Of a stretch of 64,000 bases of DNA, positions 35,036 to 48,504 are shown one piece after another (the first letter of the stretch is position 1; each line of letters begins with the position of its first letter). Below the pieces are notes generated by a model, which searched no databases, was not told where the DNA came from, and saw only the letters and a program-made list of their open reading frames with translations. The position numbers were made by a program, and so were the translations under genes. The stretch spans positions 4,018,961 to 4,082,960 of the forward strand of contig NC_057751.1 in NCBI RefSeq assembly GCF_004010195.1, in the 5' to 3' direction. The DNA is from Chiloscyllium plagiosum. Its lineage: Eukaryota.

Positions 35036-36584
35036 ATTTTTTTAAAAAAAGATAAACTTTAATAGGATGCCCCATGTGCTTTTCTCTGGTAAGTTCGCTG
35101 GCAAGTGATGTCTGGTTCCTTTTAAAAGCATCAGGATTACTGATAAGATACAATAAATGTTTATTTATTGATTAATTACTGGAGATTAATATCATTGGGG
35201 GGGGGGGGTCAGCAAGGCTGTGAAGGTGGCAAGAAGGAAGAGTTTGGGTTAGGAATCATCTAGCACAGGATCACACCATCAAAACAGGAGGAGGGAAGAG
35301 ATCAGCTTCGAGGATAGAGGCAAGTTATTTGGTTGTTTATCTTCCTTAACCTATGCCCATCTCTGAAATGGAAAGCTCCAACAGAACAGAACCCACATGG
35401 GTCCTAATTCCCACCATCAGGTAAGTAAGTGCAAAGGGACTGAGGGAATCTTGTGCATCTGATTCAGGCAGCGATTGCTGTTGTTCACAACAATAGCAAT
35501 CATTGGCCAATTAGCCTGCCGTTCGAGAAGACATGCACACCAAATTGGTTGTTTTGGATACTGACCATCCTGATTGCCAGATTACTTGACCAATGAGCCT
35601 GGACTACCCTGAGTGACCAGGCCCTGATTATTGGTACAACCTGCAAATCCATCTTTCTGGCTCTGCCAGTGACGTTCCTTCCCAAGTTAATTGGACATGC
35701 AATTGTCTGGAGGATAATCTGGACCAGTAAAATTTGCCTGATATGCCCACCTTTGCCTGGCCTGCTATGAACAAAGGTCAGTTGCAGCATTCCGATAGTA
35801 ATGAATTTGCAAGAACAGTGTAAATCTGACATGTTTTTCTTTCAATTCAGCCACAACTCTTGAAAGGGAGTAAACCATCTCAGTACTGAGGTGGTTAAAA
35901 TCCCCATGTACATTGATATGTTTTAAAAAGATATTTTACTTTCCCATGAGCAACATAAAGGAATTGCACAGACTTTTATAGTAAAAAACAAACTGAAAGC
36001 AGCATTGATTCAGCACAAGGGGCAACTAGTATTCGAAACTTCAGAAATATGTTCCCTGATAATTTTTTTTTACATGGCTAAAAACCATGATATTGCAGTA
36101 TACTTCACTGCCCACTCTGCATAGAATTTGCAGAGTTTACAAGAGCACTTCACCACCACTGTCTGCGTCAAACTGGTTTGCTTCACATTTATCTGAAACA
36201 TAACACTGAGTGACCGTAAAAGGCATTCCTCACAGTTGCCACAGAAATCCCAAACCAATGACCAACGCTAAGTCTGGTCTATTGGACTATTTACTCTTTC
36301 CCCTGAACGCTTGCATGGCCACGCAAGGATGAATCTTATTATCACCAAAGTGGGTCTCTACAACCAGAGACTGTCTTCCCTCCTGTTTTTTTCCTGGTAA
36401 TCGTAAAATGAAACATATTCTTCTCTGTGCTGGCCACATCAACTCTCGTCTTTCATCTCTGGGAACTCACCACCTCTCTTTGATTCTGTCTAAAGTTTCA
36501 GGGACTTAAGCTGTGTCCACAGTTAACCATAGCTGTTCATATCTTTCAACAGTTTTCACCTTTCTCTTATTAATTCATGATCTA

Positions 36585-37160
36585 GGCCCTTTTTGATTTG
36601 ATTTGGTTTATTGTAGTCACATGTAGCAAGACCAACATTATTTGAAGTTACGGTCCATTTGTCAGTCTAATAATGGCAGGGAAGAAGCTGTTCTTGAACT
36701 TGTTGGTGCATGTATTCAAGCTTCTATTCCTTCTGTCTGACAGAAGAGGTTGTAGGAGGGCATTACTGGAATGAGAGGGGTCATTGATGATGTTGGCAGC
36801 CTTTCTCCAGCAACAGGAAATGTAAATGGAGTCCCTATATGGGAGATTGGCTTCCATGATGGTCCGGGCTGTGCACACAACCTTCATATGGTCCTGGACA
36901 GAGGAGTTGCTACCCCAGGCCATTGTGCATCCGGCTAGAATGCTTTTTATAGTGCATCTGTGCAAGTTGATGAGAGTCCTTATGGACATGCCACTTGAGG
37001 AAGAAGAGGTGTTTTTATGACTTCATCGACCATCACATTCACATGTAAGTCCGAGATAGGTTGTCGATTATTGTCAGTCCAAGGAACTTGATGCACTCAA
37101 CCCTCTCCACCTCAGCTTCATTGATCTAGTCAGGGGCGTGTCCTCCTCTTTTCTTCCTAT
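36585..37160 (-). mobile_element. Non-LTR retrotransposon 3' fragment (Rex1/Babar-like RT C-terminus, DUF1891-like)
   Basis: LHRCTIKSILAGCTMAW...RKAANIINDPSH...FKNSFFPAIIRL, then a minus-strand 'actacaataaacc' tail. Confidence 0.8.
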
Positions 37161-37381
37161 CACCATGTTAAGGAAGCTACCTGGCTTCGGTGCTGGGCAG
37201 AACTTACCACTGATCACCTGACTGTCTTCATCATTTCATTTTAACTAAAACTAAAGAGTTTAAAAAATAATCTTGTAAATTAGCATCAGTAACATGGGAA
37301 GAGTAATTTATGGAAAAGGCAGGAAATCCGTTCATGATTTGGGCTCTGGTTCTGCTAATGCTTCTAAGCAACTGAAAAACA

Positions 37382-38629
37382 AGTTCAATTACTAAAAATA
37401 TATTTGCAGGGTTGAAAACAAAATTCTGGGTTGTCAGGGCAACACAGGGGGAGTTCACACAGCATCTGTCTTTGATATACTGCACTTCCCCAAAATGGAG
37501 AATGATCTGTTCTTCTGCAGTCTTGCAAATTGAGGGATAATATCTTCCGATGGTCAAGATTCTGCTTTGAAACGTTTTCCACCAAAATGTATGTCTTGCT
37601 TAACCTACGTTTGTGAGGACTGCAGTAGAATTTCTAACATTTATGAGCTTGTTCCAGGAATGGGGATCCATTAAGAAATGGCACTATGCCAATTGCATTA
37701 AATCTCAAAATGTAATGGTCATTGTGGACATTGTACAAAAGACAAATTATACTTATTCAGAACTCCACAAACCTTCTAAAAACACAATCAGTCCATTACA
37801 ACCAATCGAAAAAAATGAGGAAAAAAGACCAGGAGCATTTCGAAAGTGTATATTCTCAACATTTTGATGAGGGAAAGTAACAAAAGGTTCCACTTGTGTT
37901 GCTGCTGCTCTTTGAACAAGGTTATATTGTCCTTGGTTTTTTTTCAGAGGGTTCTTAAACGCAGAGACTCTGGGTGGTCTAGGTTTGAAGGGTCTTAGAG
38001 CCAATGTGATTACAGCTAACAGATACTGCCTCAGACAAAAACTTTAAAAGTTTAAAAAATAATTGGACAATGAAAGGGGAATGGTCAGTTCTCTCAGATC
38101 AGCTTTGGTTTGGTTTGGTTTTAACAGGCAGTCAGTTGTGAAGGTGCTGGGCCCAAAGAAGCAGGTCCAGGCTGATCGTTCCTCTCTCTGACATCTCTCC
38201 TGTAAGACTCTGTGTTTGATTTAACCTTTTTTGACAAGGGGTGTTTATGGTGATTGTTACAAGTATTTGGTGCAGCATCATTAAATTGGGATAATCTGTT
38301 GGGTTTTCATTTGGTAATCTTGCAAATAATCTTGCAACCTTCATATGGTCCTGGGCAGTGCAGTTGCCATACCAAACTAAGTGGTTGGGCCAGCTACTGT
38401 ACTCCTGGAATGCCCATTCATACCTGCTTAAAACAACAAGCAAAGTTAGGATCTGGACTACTTTCATGAAATGTTTTGAGGGATCTGGCCTGGTCCATAG
38501 TACACTACAGTGTGTGTTTGGGGAAGTGCAGTATATCAAAGACAGATGCTGTGTGAACTCCCCCTATGTTGCCCTGACAACCCAGAATTTTGTTTTCAAC
38601 CATGCGAATATATTTTTAGTAATTGAACT
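37382..38629. repeat. 113-bp inverted repeat pair (37382-37494 / 38517-38629)
   Basis: The arms are reverse complements with only a few mismatches. The ORF track shows the same peptide FGEVQYIKDRCCVNSP on opposite strands. Confidence 0.93.
37920..38502 (+). mobile_element. Probable solo LTR of another family, boundaries uncertain
   Basis: LTR-like composition ending 'ggatctggcctggtccatagta'; no clear TSD. Confidence 0.35.
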
Positions 38630-41560
38630 GGTTATTGGTGAGCAGCAATGTGATAAAGGGAGTCAAATGCTTGTCTCTCCCCTTCAATGAATAGTGGCAT
38701 GTCCTTGGTGACTGCTCCATGTGGTGATACACAGGAATCTTATCCCTTGCTGCCAGAATTTCGGAGGACTTCCTTGGAGGTTTGTCACCCAGGTACTTAC
38801 CCTGACACTCACAAACCAAACTTTCAGCTTTGGGCATATTGCTCCATTGCTTTGTGGATTGATGGGGAGCGTTGAAGACTAAAGGAGTGAACACTGACAA
38901 AAAGTCTGGAGTGGAGCCCAAAGAAAGGGTGATGTCTAAATATATCATCCTCCCAGCAGTCCCTCCAAGCAGTGGTCCTCAGCATTCTGTTGGACTCAAC
39001 CTGGGTGTCAAGATGGAAATCCTGATGTTGTGGCAGCCCAGGCTTGCACACTGGAGAGGATAAGAACACAAGGAACAGCAGTAATGAGTGATAATCCCAA
39101 ATCAATTGGTGTTGAGAATGTCAAGAATGAGAGTTATGTCTAATGGCACGCAAGACCATCATGTCCCACTGGGTGTTGACCCATGACAGCACATCTGCTT
39201 TAATGGATGCTTGAAATTCAAATGGCTAGAATCCATCACACCAGCAAACAAATCTTAAAAAGGGGCACAATACAATTTCTTTGATTGGCAAGCTGGAATA
39301 TCAGGACAATGTACACAGGACAAATTACAGCTGTGATTGATATGAGTCTTCATGGACTATGACACAGCATCTCCACAAGAATTAAGCTCACCAAAAGCAG
39401 ATCACAAACAGAAGCCAGTTAAGTTTAACCAGGCCCAAAAGCTTGAGAAGCTAAAACCTTCTTTCCAAACAAAATATGCCAAGAGGTATCCCAGATACAT
39501 TGAAGATCAGGGTATTGGCAACAATGTGTTCTGACCATCGTTGGGTGTGACTCCCTGACCAGCATGATTACTGCACACAGCTATTATGCTGCTGTCAGCA
39601 ATACAAATCATTCCCTGGTGTGCAATGGATTGAAAATCCAAGCCTTGAATATTTCTTTTAATTTAAAAAAAAATGCCATCCTCACTCCTAGGTCAGCTAT
39701 ACTGCTTGCCCAGATAAAAATATGCAGTTGTGTAACTCAATTGGACAGATGCTGTTAGGTATTCTGACACCGAGTGCAAAAGTGAAATAAAAATATTTTG
39801 TGGCACACTTTGCAGTACTGCACTTTCACTCAATGGGAAGTAACAGCAGAAAAATGCTGATTGGTGCAGGACTAACATCGCAATGATGGAACCTAGAAAT
39901 CAAGCCAAATGTTCTACAGCCTCACAGCTGACTGGCTTTCGGTGCAGTGCATTCAGCAGAATTTGCCGTATCAGAGTCAGGCACTTGAAACATACTGGGT
40001 GATGTTGAACACAGAGCTGACCAGCACCTTACCAGTTGGAGTGTTGCTACCAGTATGTTACAGAGATCTGTAGAAGAATCAAACTGAAAGATTTCAGTCA
40101 TCAAGTTAATCTGAAATAAAAATAAGTGTAGCTGCTTGACGCAAAAAGATATGACAATGATTGTTATTTAAAATGGCATTATCATAAGGACTACATTAAA
40201 ACATGATGCTTCCATTCTCTTCTAGTGTGTTGTCCATATTAGATTTGGCAATTTAAGCAATTGAAGCCTCAAAGTATCTAAATATATATGTTTGTCCCTA
40301 TTTCATGTTTTAACACAGACGGCATGATGTTTATTTTGAATGGTTCAGTGCTGCAACCTAAATAATGAACAGCCAAATTGAAAAACCACACTCAACGTTC
40401 ATCTGTTCAATATGCCAGCTGTTTTCACAGCAGAATTGTTTTTTTAACAATTTCACAGCTGCAATCTGCCTTCGGGTACGTCATCAAAATTGTTATTCTC
40501 CATGGAGCCAAGTGCTGGTCTGCTTTCCAATCATTTGCGACATTACAGTTGAACTTCAGGTGCATCAACTTCACATCAGGATCATGAACAGGCACCCTGA
40601 CTGATTATCTTTTCATGGGATGTGAGCATCAGTGTCCTTGCAATGGAGTGGCTTGCCAGGGCAGTAGCTGAAAGTAATGAGGGGCCAGTCCAGGATAGGA
40701 CAGTAGATTTCCTTCCCTGCTGAGCAATAGTAAGCCAGATGGGTTTTTACAACCATTAACAGTTTACATTTTGCAGTTCAATTATAGAATTGTTAATTGA
40801 GTTTTTTAATTCACGAGCTGCCATCATGGGTTTGAACTGACTTTCCCATAGTAGTAGCCTGGGTCTTAGGATTCCTGGTCAAGCAACATTACCACTGCAT
40901 CCTTATTCCTTGGAGATACCAAGGTCTATGTACAGTTCTCACAGTCTTACTGCAGCACTGCCAGATACACAATAAATAAATAATTGTTGTTTGATTAACA
41001 CTTGAAACCATATGGGAGGCAAGGATCAGCACTTTTTGAAACTGGAACAGAGGGTAAGGAAAGGAAACTGACAAGGTAAAAACTACTTCAGGTCAAGCAG
41101 GACCTTAAAGTGCCATCCGACAGTCTTCACAAATCTTGACTTGAACTGAAGCAGCATGTACTTAAACAGGGAGCTGAATCCTGCCACACCGCAGTGAGCA
41201 GTAAAGAAGTTTAACTGCACAGCTGCATGAATACTTTATGTGATCAGTTCTTTTGAACATTACAAAGTGCTCAACATGTTAGTTTTAAAATGCCTTTGGG
41301 CATTTACAAGATCTGGGTTCATTTTTGCATTTCGGTTTCTACTTTTTTTAACAGGCCCCTCAATTGTTCTGCTCCTGCATTGTCCCATATGCTGGCCACA
41401 TTATGATCTCTCACAAAGAAATCAGATAATGTTTCTACTGTGTGGGATATAGATAAAGCAGTGTTACTTCTGCAATCATAACTATTTATGCAAGGTAAAT
41501 GAACTCACACCAGTGTATAATTGTTTCAGCCAAGAGCTGAGTTAACAAGAACAAAAACTA

Positions 41561-42171
41561 TGTGAAGGAAATATATAATTGTTTTTGTATTAGTTAAAAT
41601 GTGCATACAAGAATGAAATGTGCCTGCAAACAATGGTAGATGTTAAGGACAAATAGATAAGGTGCTCTGAGTGGGGGGGGGGAGGCGGTGTTTAAGCTAG
41701 ATATGCCTGTCCAAACTGTTTCCCGATTCAGCAAAGAAAAACACAATCAAGAGGTCATAAGGCTTAGTATGGGCAAAGAATAAAAGGAAATATTGCTTTG
41801 GCAAGCACGGAAACAGATGGCAGTGAACAAGGATACATAACAATAAGAGCACAGAGGGAGGTGGTCACACGGCCTTGTGAGGCCAGAAATAAGCATTTTG
41901 TCACAGACAAGGCCGGATGATTTCAGAGGTAAACAAGAGTAGTGGGCGTCAGGCTTAGAGTAGTGGGAAATGGAAACAGGGGAGGAGCAATGGGAGGAGG
42001 GAAGGGAAACGAGTTACATAAATATTGTGTACCCGTTAAACTCGGTGTGTGTGACTACCTTGTAAATAGTAGACACCACACCCCTCTTGCAAGAGCGTAA
42101 TAAATGATACTACTGCTTCAGATCTTGTCTCGGACTGAAATTATTGAATTGAGTGAGCTTCGTTTCTCACA
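41561..42171 (+). mobile_element. Solo LTR (~610 bp)
   Basis: TGTGA...TCACA inverted termini, TATA-like 'tacataaata' at ~42015, AATAAA at ~42099; imperfect flanks aacta / cactg. Confidence 0.65.
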
Positions 42172-42309
42172 CACTGGGACCTGGTTATAATAATAAGAAG
42201 TGTGGATCCAGCGGTGATGGGTGAGATCCTGAACAAACATTTCACGTTTGAACTTACTTGGAGAAAGACTGGGGAAGTCAGGGAAAAAACACAGTGATGT
42301 CTTCAAAAG

Positions 42310-44185
42310 ACTCCACATAACTGAACAGGAGGTACTGAAGGTTCTAAAATGCAGAGAAGATGGACAAATCCTTGGGAACTAATCAAGTATATCCCAGGAT
42401 ATTGTGGGAAGCTCAGGAAGACATTGCGGGGTCCCATAAAGAGATATTTCTGTCACTGACAGCCACGGGTGATAAGCTGGAAGCCTGTAGGGTGGATAAT
42501 GTTGTGCCAGTATTTAGGAAAGGCTGCGAGGGAAAGCCAGGGACAGAAACACCAGTTAGCTTGATATCAGTAGTGTGTACGTTGTTGGAAGTGATTCTGC
42601 GGGACAAGAGTTGATTAGGGATAGTCAGCACAGCTTTGGAGTGCTGTGTAGAATTCTGATCATCATGATTTAGAGAGCATTTCCTGAAACTGTAAATGGA
42701 GCAAAGATTGACAAAGATGTTACTGATACTGGAGGGTTTGACAGAAGCGGAGAGGCTGGATAAGCTGAAAAGCAACATGGAGGGAATGGGATAGGTTTGG
42801 CAGATAAGGTTAAGGAGAATGCAAATAATTTTCTACAGCACACGTACAAAAAAGCAACTGAAGAGACACTAGGGCCCCTCAAAGATCAGTGAGGCCATCC
42901 AAGTGTAGAACCACAGGGATGGGCGAGACCCTAAATGAATATTTTATGTCAGAACGCACTGTGGACAAAGACTAGGAAACAAAGGGAAAGAAACGGTGAT
43001 GGTTTGTAAAGAGTCCCCATTACAAAAGAGGTGGTGCTGGAGGTCTTAGAACACAAAAGTCGAGAAAGCCCTAGGTCCTGAACAAGTGTATCCCTGAACA
43101 GTGTGGCAAAGTAGTGGCAGGGACACGAGTAGAAATATTTATATCATTGTCTTTCGTATTTCCACTGGGCGTAGGTGGCTGAGGGGTGACCTTATAAAGG
43201 TTTAGAAAACCATGAGGGTTACAGGAAAGTTGATTAGCCAACGTCTTTACCCCAGGGTAGTGGAGTCCATCACTAGATGGGATTGAACTGCAGAAGGAGA
43301 AGGTGTTAGCAATTCTGGAAAGTGTGAAAAAAAGTCCCCTGGGCCAGATTGGTTTATCCTTGGCTTCTCTTGGAAGCCAGGAAGGAGATTGCCGAGCCTT
43401 TGGCTTTGATCTTTATGTCGGCATTGTCTACAGGAATAGTGTCAGAAGCTAGAGGACTGCAAATGTTGTCCTCTTGACCAAGAAGGGGAATAGAGACAGC
43501 CCTGGTAATTATTGAGCTGTGAGCCTTACTTTGATTCTAGGTAAAGTGTTGGAAAGGCTTGTAAAAGCTAGCATTTATAATCATCTGAAGATGAATAAGT
43601 TGATGTGTGATAGTCAGCACGGTTTTGTGAAGGGTAGGTCATGCCTCACAAACCTTATTGACTTCTTTGAGGTGATCAAACAGGTGAATGTGGGTAAAGC
43701 AGATGTCGGTAGTGAAGATGAGCAGAGAGATCACTTCGTCCATGTACATCGATCCTTGAAAGTTGTCACTCAGTTTGATAGGGTTGTTAAGAAGGCATTC
43801 AGCATGTGAGCTTTTATTGGTACAGGGATTGAGTTTCAGAACCATTGGATAATGCTGCAGCTGTACAAAACTCTGGTGTGGCCACATTTGGAGTGTTGCC
43901 TATAGTCCAGGTTACTGCATTAGAGGAAGGATGTTAAACATTTGGAAAGGGTTCAGAGGAGATTTAATCGGATGTTACCTGGTACGGAGGGAAGGAGTTA
44001 TGAGGAAAGCTGAGGGACTTGAATCTGTTTTTGCTCGAGAGAAGACATTTGAGGCCAATTAATTGAGACATATAAGATAATCAGAGGGTTAGATGCGTTG
44101 GACAGTGAGAGCCTTTTCCCTCAGATGGCGATGCCTAGCACGAGGGAAGATAGCTTTCAATTGAGCTAGATATTAATATTATTAT
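42310..44185 (+). mobile_element. Patchwork of CR1 ORF2 fragments
   Basis: QVYPRILWEA, NVVPVFRKG, SQHGFVKGRSCLTNLIDFF. Confidence 0.88.
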
Positions 44186-44280
44186 TAATTAATAGATATG
44201 GGACAGTGTTAGGTGCATTAGTCAGAGGGAAATGGGTCTGGGTGGGTTACTCTTCGGAGGGTCGATGTGGACTGGTTGGG

Positions 44281-47200
44281 CTGATTACCTACAGGAGACA
44301 GAGAAATAGACAGAATGGGAAGTTAGACTGATCCAGTGAGGGATTCGCATGGAGAATGGCACTGAGTCCCACTGAGATCTGGAAAATCCCAGTCTCCATC
44401 CCTGGCCTGTGCTGTTGTCTCTCTCTGGAGTGGAGACTTCAATTGGCTCAGGATCTGGAGTAGCTGAAAGAGCTAGAGACGCTGACAGAGGCAGCAATTA
44501 GACCCTCACAGTGAGGGATACCACTGGTTTCAGTGCTCAGGGATGAGCAACCATTGAGCAGGTGAAATGATGGCCTAGTGGTATTATTGCGAAAGCATGT
44601 ATCCAAAACCTTACTCAATGTTCAGTGGAGGCAGGTTTTAATCCCACCATCAGAAAAGATGGAATTTGCAATCATTTTTTTTTTAATTGCAATCAACAAT
44701 CCATGAATAACTACAAAATCATTGCTGATGTCCAAAATAACGTTTGTTCATCAAAAAGACACTTGGGGACATCGACCATCCTCAGTGGTCTGCACGACAT
44801 ACTCACAGCAAAGTGATTGCCTTTCAATTACCTTCTGAAATGGCCGAGCAAGCTACTCAGCTGAAGGGCAGCTAGGGCTGGGCAAGAAAGGCTGGTCAGC
44901 CAGAGACACCCACATCCCATACCTGATTTTTAAAATAATCCATTAGGATAGTCCCACTTGAACTGTGCTGGGAGCAGTGTCCTGGCCAATCATGTCGTTA
45001 GTTTTATGGACAGGACTTTAAACTGACAGAGAGGATGCAGGGACAGGGTTCAGATGAAAGGAGCTTTCCAAACCCAAAAGAAAAGGTGAAGCATTGAAAC
45101 AGCATGGGAATGTGGCTGCTGACAAACAGAAAGTTACAGCATGGGACAGAGTTTAACGAAAACTGGATGTCAGTGAATTAGGCTGTGACAGGAAATTGTA
45201 GGAAACAGTAACTTGTTTTTTTTTTAAATGAACAAAGTCTCTGCAATAAGGTAGATGGATTTGTGACACAGAGATAAAAGAGATTTAGACACCAGGGAGA
45301 CGTGGTTACAGAGCGAACAAAAGGTGGACATAAATATTCAATGGTTCACAACCTTGTGGAAACTCAAGCAAAATGGGCAACGCTAACAAGAATGGATAAC
45401 AAAGGCATTACAGAGAAAGCATTTGGCCACAGATCATGAAGTAGAGTCAGTCTGAATGTAAATTCTGGCTATTACTTGCCAAGGACACAAACAGCAGAAC
45501 AGTTTTAGCCACTGAACAGTGTTTCATTGCTCATCAAGGCATTAAACAAGAACTCATTGGAATTTTAATAAAGGCATAATGATAATTCAGTAAAACTTCA
45601 GAATTCATATAATCTGGGACAATCACACTGACAACAGTGATTTTGGAAGAGGAGTTTGGAGAAACGTTTTTCGGTGTTTCTTTGAATACCACATTGTGCA
45701 ACTGGCTAGGGACGTAACTATCTCAGAGCGATCATTGTGTGATGAAACTTAGTAAATGAGTAATGTCACCTGGAGAGATCCCCTGGGAAATTGTGAGAAA
45801 GTGCAGTTTAAAGAAATATATAGTTTTAAAGTGAATCACAGAAAGGACAAGCTACAACTAAAAACAAAAATAGCCAATTACCTGTGTTTGATAGGAGAAC
45901 TGACCAAGGTAAACAGGCGAAACAGACTGAAACGTGTCTGTAAACAGTGGAAAACATTTGAAGGAACAGTGTAAAACACTCAACAAAAGGGCATTCCATT
46001 GCAACAGACAAAACCTTAACAAGAAACTCACACCTGTCCCTCATTCAGAACAAAATCGATCATATTAGATTTTGAGGCTGAGAAGATCACCAAAAATTAC
46101 TTAAAATCCTGAAGTAAGAGAATGTTTTAGGAGTAATTGTTAAACGGATTACAAAGAGTCTGCTGGCAGGGGGAAGGCAGTGGGAGGGGAATCATTGTCA
46201 GGTTTTATTGTCACAATAGGAACAGGGAGAGGTGAAGGTGCTGGAGGTGGTGAGAGTGTTCCAGAGAGGGGCTAGGGCCTGAACAGTGTTATAAAGCCAG
46301 TACGAATTGCTGTAGCTGGACGGGTTTGCAGAAGTAGGGACCGATATATGTATTTTTATTTATTCATTCATGGGATGAGGATGTCACTGATTGGACTAGC
46401 ATTCTTTGCTCCACTGCTAATTCCCCAGAGGGCAGCTCAGAGTCAGCCATATTGCTGTGGGTCTGGAGTCACATGTAGACCAGACCAGGTTAGAATGTCA
46501 GATGCCCTTCCCTAAAGCAGGTAAGTGAACTAGATGTGTTCTTCCTACTGATCAACAATGGTTTCATGGTGACCACACCAATGTCTTGTACAGATACACC
46601 ATGCTATCCCAACTCCAACTCTCAATGCTCTGCCCAATGAATGTAAACATCCCAAACAGCATCTTCACCAGCCTGTCTACCTGTGACACCACTTTCAAAA
46701 GAACTGTGTACCTGCATCCCTGGGTATCTGATTGACAACACTACCCAGGACCTGAACATTAACTGTACAATCCTGCCCTGATTTGTTTCACCAAAATGCA
46801 ACATTTCACACTTATCTAATTCAACTCCATCTGCTATTCTTCAGCCCACTAACCCAGCAGTACTGTTCATCCTGTTGTATCATAGATAACCTTCATCACT
46901 GTCCACTTTACCACCAATTTCAATGTCACCCAAAACAATTACTTACCAGGAAACCAATACTCTCATCCAAACCATTTATCCAAATGACAAACAACAGTGG
47001 GCCCACTCCACCGCTGGTCACATACCTCCAGTCAGAAAACCAACATGTCTCCCATCACCCTCTATCTCCTACAATCAAGCCAATTTTGTATCCAGTTGAC
47101 TAGCTCCTCCTGAATGTCATATTCTTTTAAACTGATTTGAGCTTATTACCCAGTTTGCCAAACAGAACGTAGAACACGGAACAGTACAGCACAAGACCCT

Positions 47201-47450
47201 TCAGCCATGATTTCATGCCAAACTTTTATCCGACTGTAAGATCAAACTAACCTACATACCCTTCATTTTACTATCATCCATGTGCCTACCCAAGAGTCTA
47301 TTAAATGTCCTGAAAATATCTAAGTTTACTACCACCATTGGCAGTGCATTCCAACCACCTACCATTCTCTCTCCTCCATTCACCTTACAATTATGCCGCC
47401 TTGTAATAACCATTTATTCCATAGGAGGAAACGTCTCTGACTATACACTC
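44281..47450 (+). repeat. Segmental duplication copy A (partner 58341-62350)
   Basis: Colinear homology across both unique and repeat sequence. Confidence 0.93.
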
Positions 47451-48445
47451 TGTGCCTCTCATCATCTTGTTCACCTCTGTCAAGTCTCCCCACACCGTTC
47501 TTCACTCCAATGAGCAAAGCCTTAGCTCTCTCTACCTTCCTTCATAAGAAATTGCCCTCCATTCCAGGCAGCATCCTGGTAAATCTCCTGTGTACGCTCT
47601 CTAAAGCTTCCACATCCTTCCTGTAAACAGGGGACCAGAACTGAACACAATGTTCCAAGTGTGGTCTCAACAGGACGCTATAAAGATGCAGTAAAACCTT
47701 ACGGCTCTTAAAATCGATCCCCTTGCTAAGGAAAGCCAACACAACATATGCCTTTTTAACAACCCTATCAATGTGCGTGGCAACTTGAGGGATCTCTGGA
47801 CATGGACCCCATGATCTCTCTGTTCCTCCACAGTGCCAAGTATTCTGCCTTTCACCCTGTATTCTGTATTCAAATTCGAACTTCCAGAATGAATCACTTC
47901 ACACTTTTCCAGATTGAACTCCATCTGCCACTTCCAGCCCAGCTCTGCGTCCTGTCAATGTCCCATTGGAACCTACAACAGCCCTCCACATTACCCACCA
48001 CTCCACCAACCTTCATGTGATTGGCAAACTTACTAACCCACTCTCCAACATCCACATCCAAGTCATTTATAAAAATCACAGACAGCAGAGTCCTAGAGCC
48101 GATTGTTACAGAACACCACTGGTCACTGAGCTCCAGGCTCAATACTGTCCATCTGCTGCCACCCTCTGTCTTCTCTGGGCCATTCAATCCTGTATCAAGA
48201 CAGACAGATTTCCCTGTATCCGATGCCTCCTTATTTTCTGAATGAGCCATCACCATACTCTGTCACATCGCCAAAGAATTCAATAACATTTGTGAAGCAT
48301 GACCTGACCCCTCACAAACCCATGCTGACTGTCTAAAATTTAACTATGGTTTTCCAAGTAGTCATAAATCCTGTCCCTCAGAGTCCTCTCAAATAATCTG
48401 CACACCACAGACATAAGATTCAACCTGTAATTCCCAGGATTCTAC
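47165..48445 (-). mobile_element. CR1-like LINE RT and 3' end
   Basis: IFINDLDVDVGEWVSKFANHMKVGG; MEFNLEKCEVIH; LRPHLEHCVQFWSP. Confidence 0.9.
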
Positions 48446-48504
48446 CTCCGTAACATGGCTCGGACTCTACAAATCTTCCCTCCTCTGCCATGTTCCCCAG
48501 AAGG

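Noticed and set aside
44507..44513. CACAGTG heptamer (also ~50546 and ~58565) as a V(D)J recombination signal
   Set aside because: No nonamer at 12 or 23 bp spacing and no Ig/TCR segments seen.
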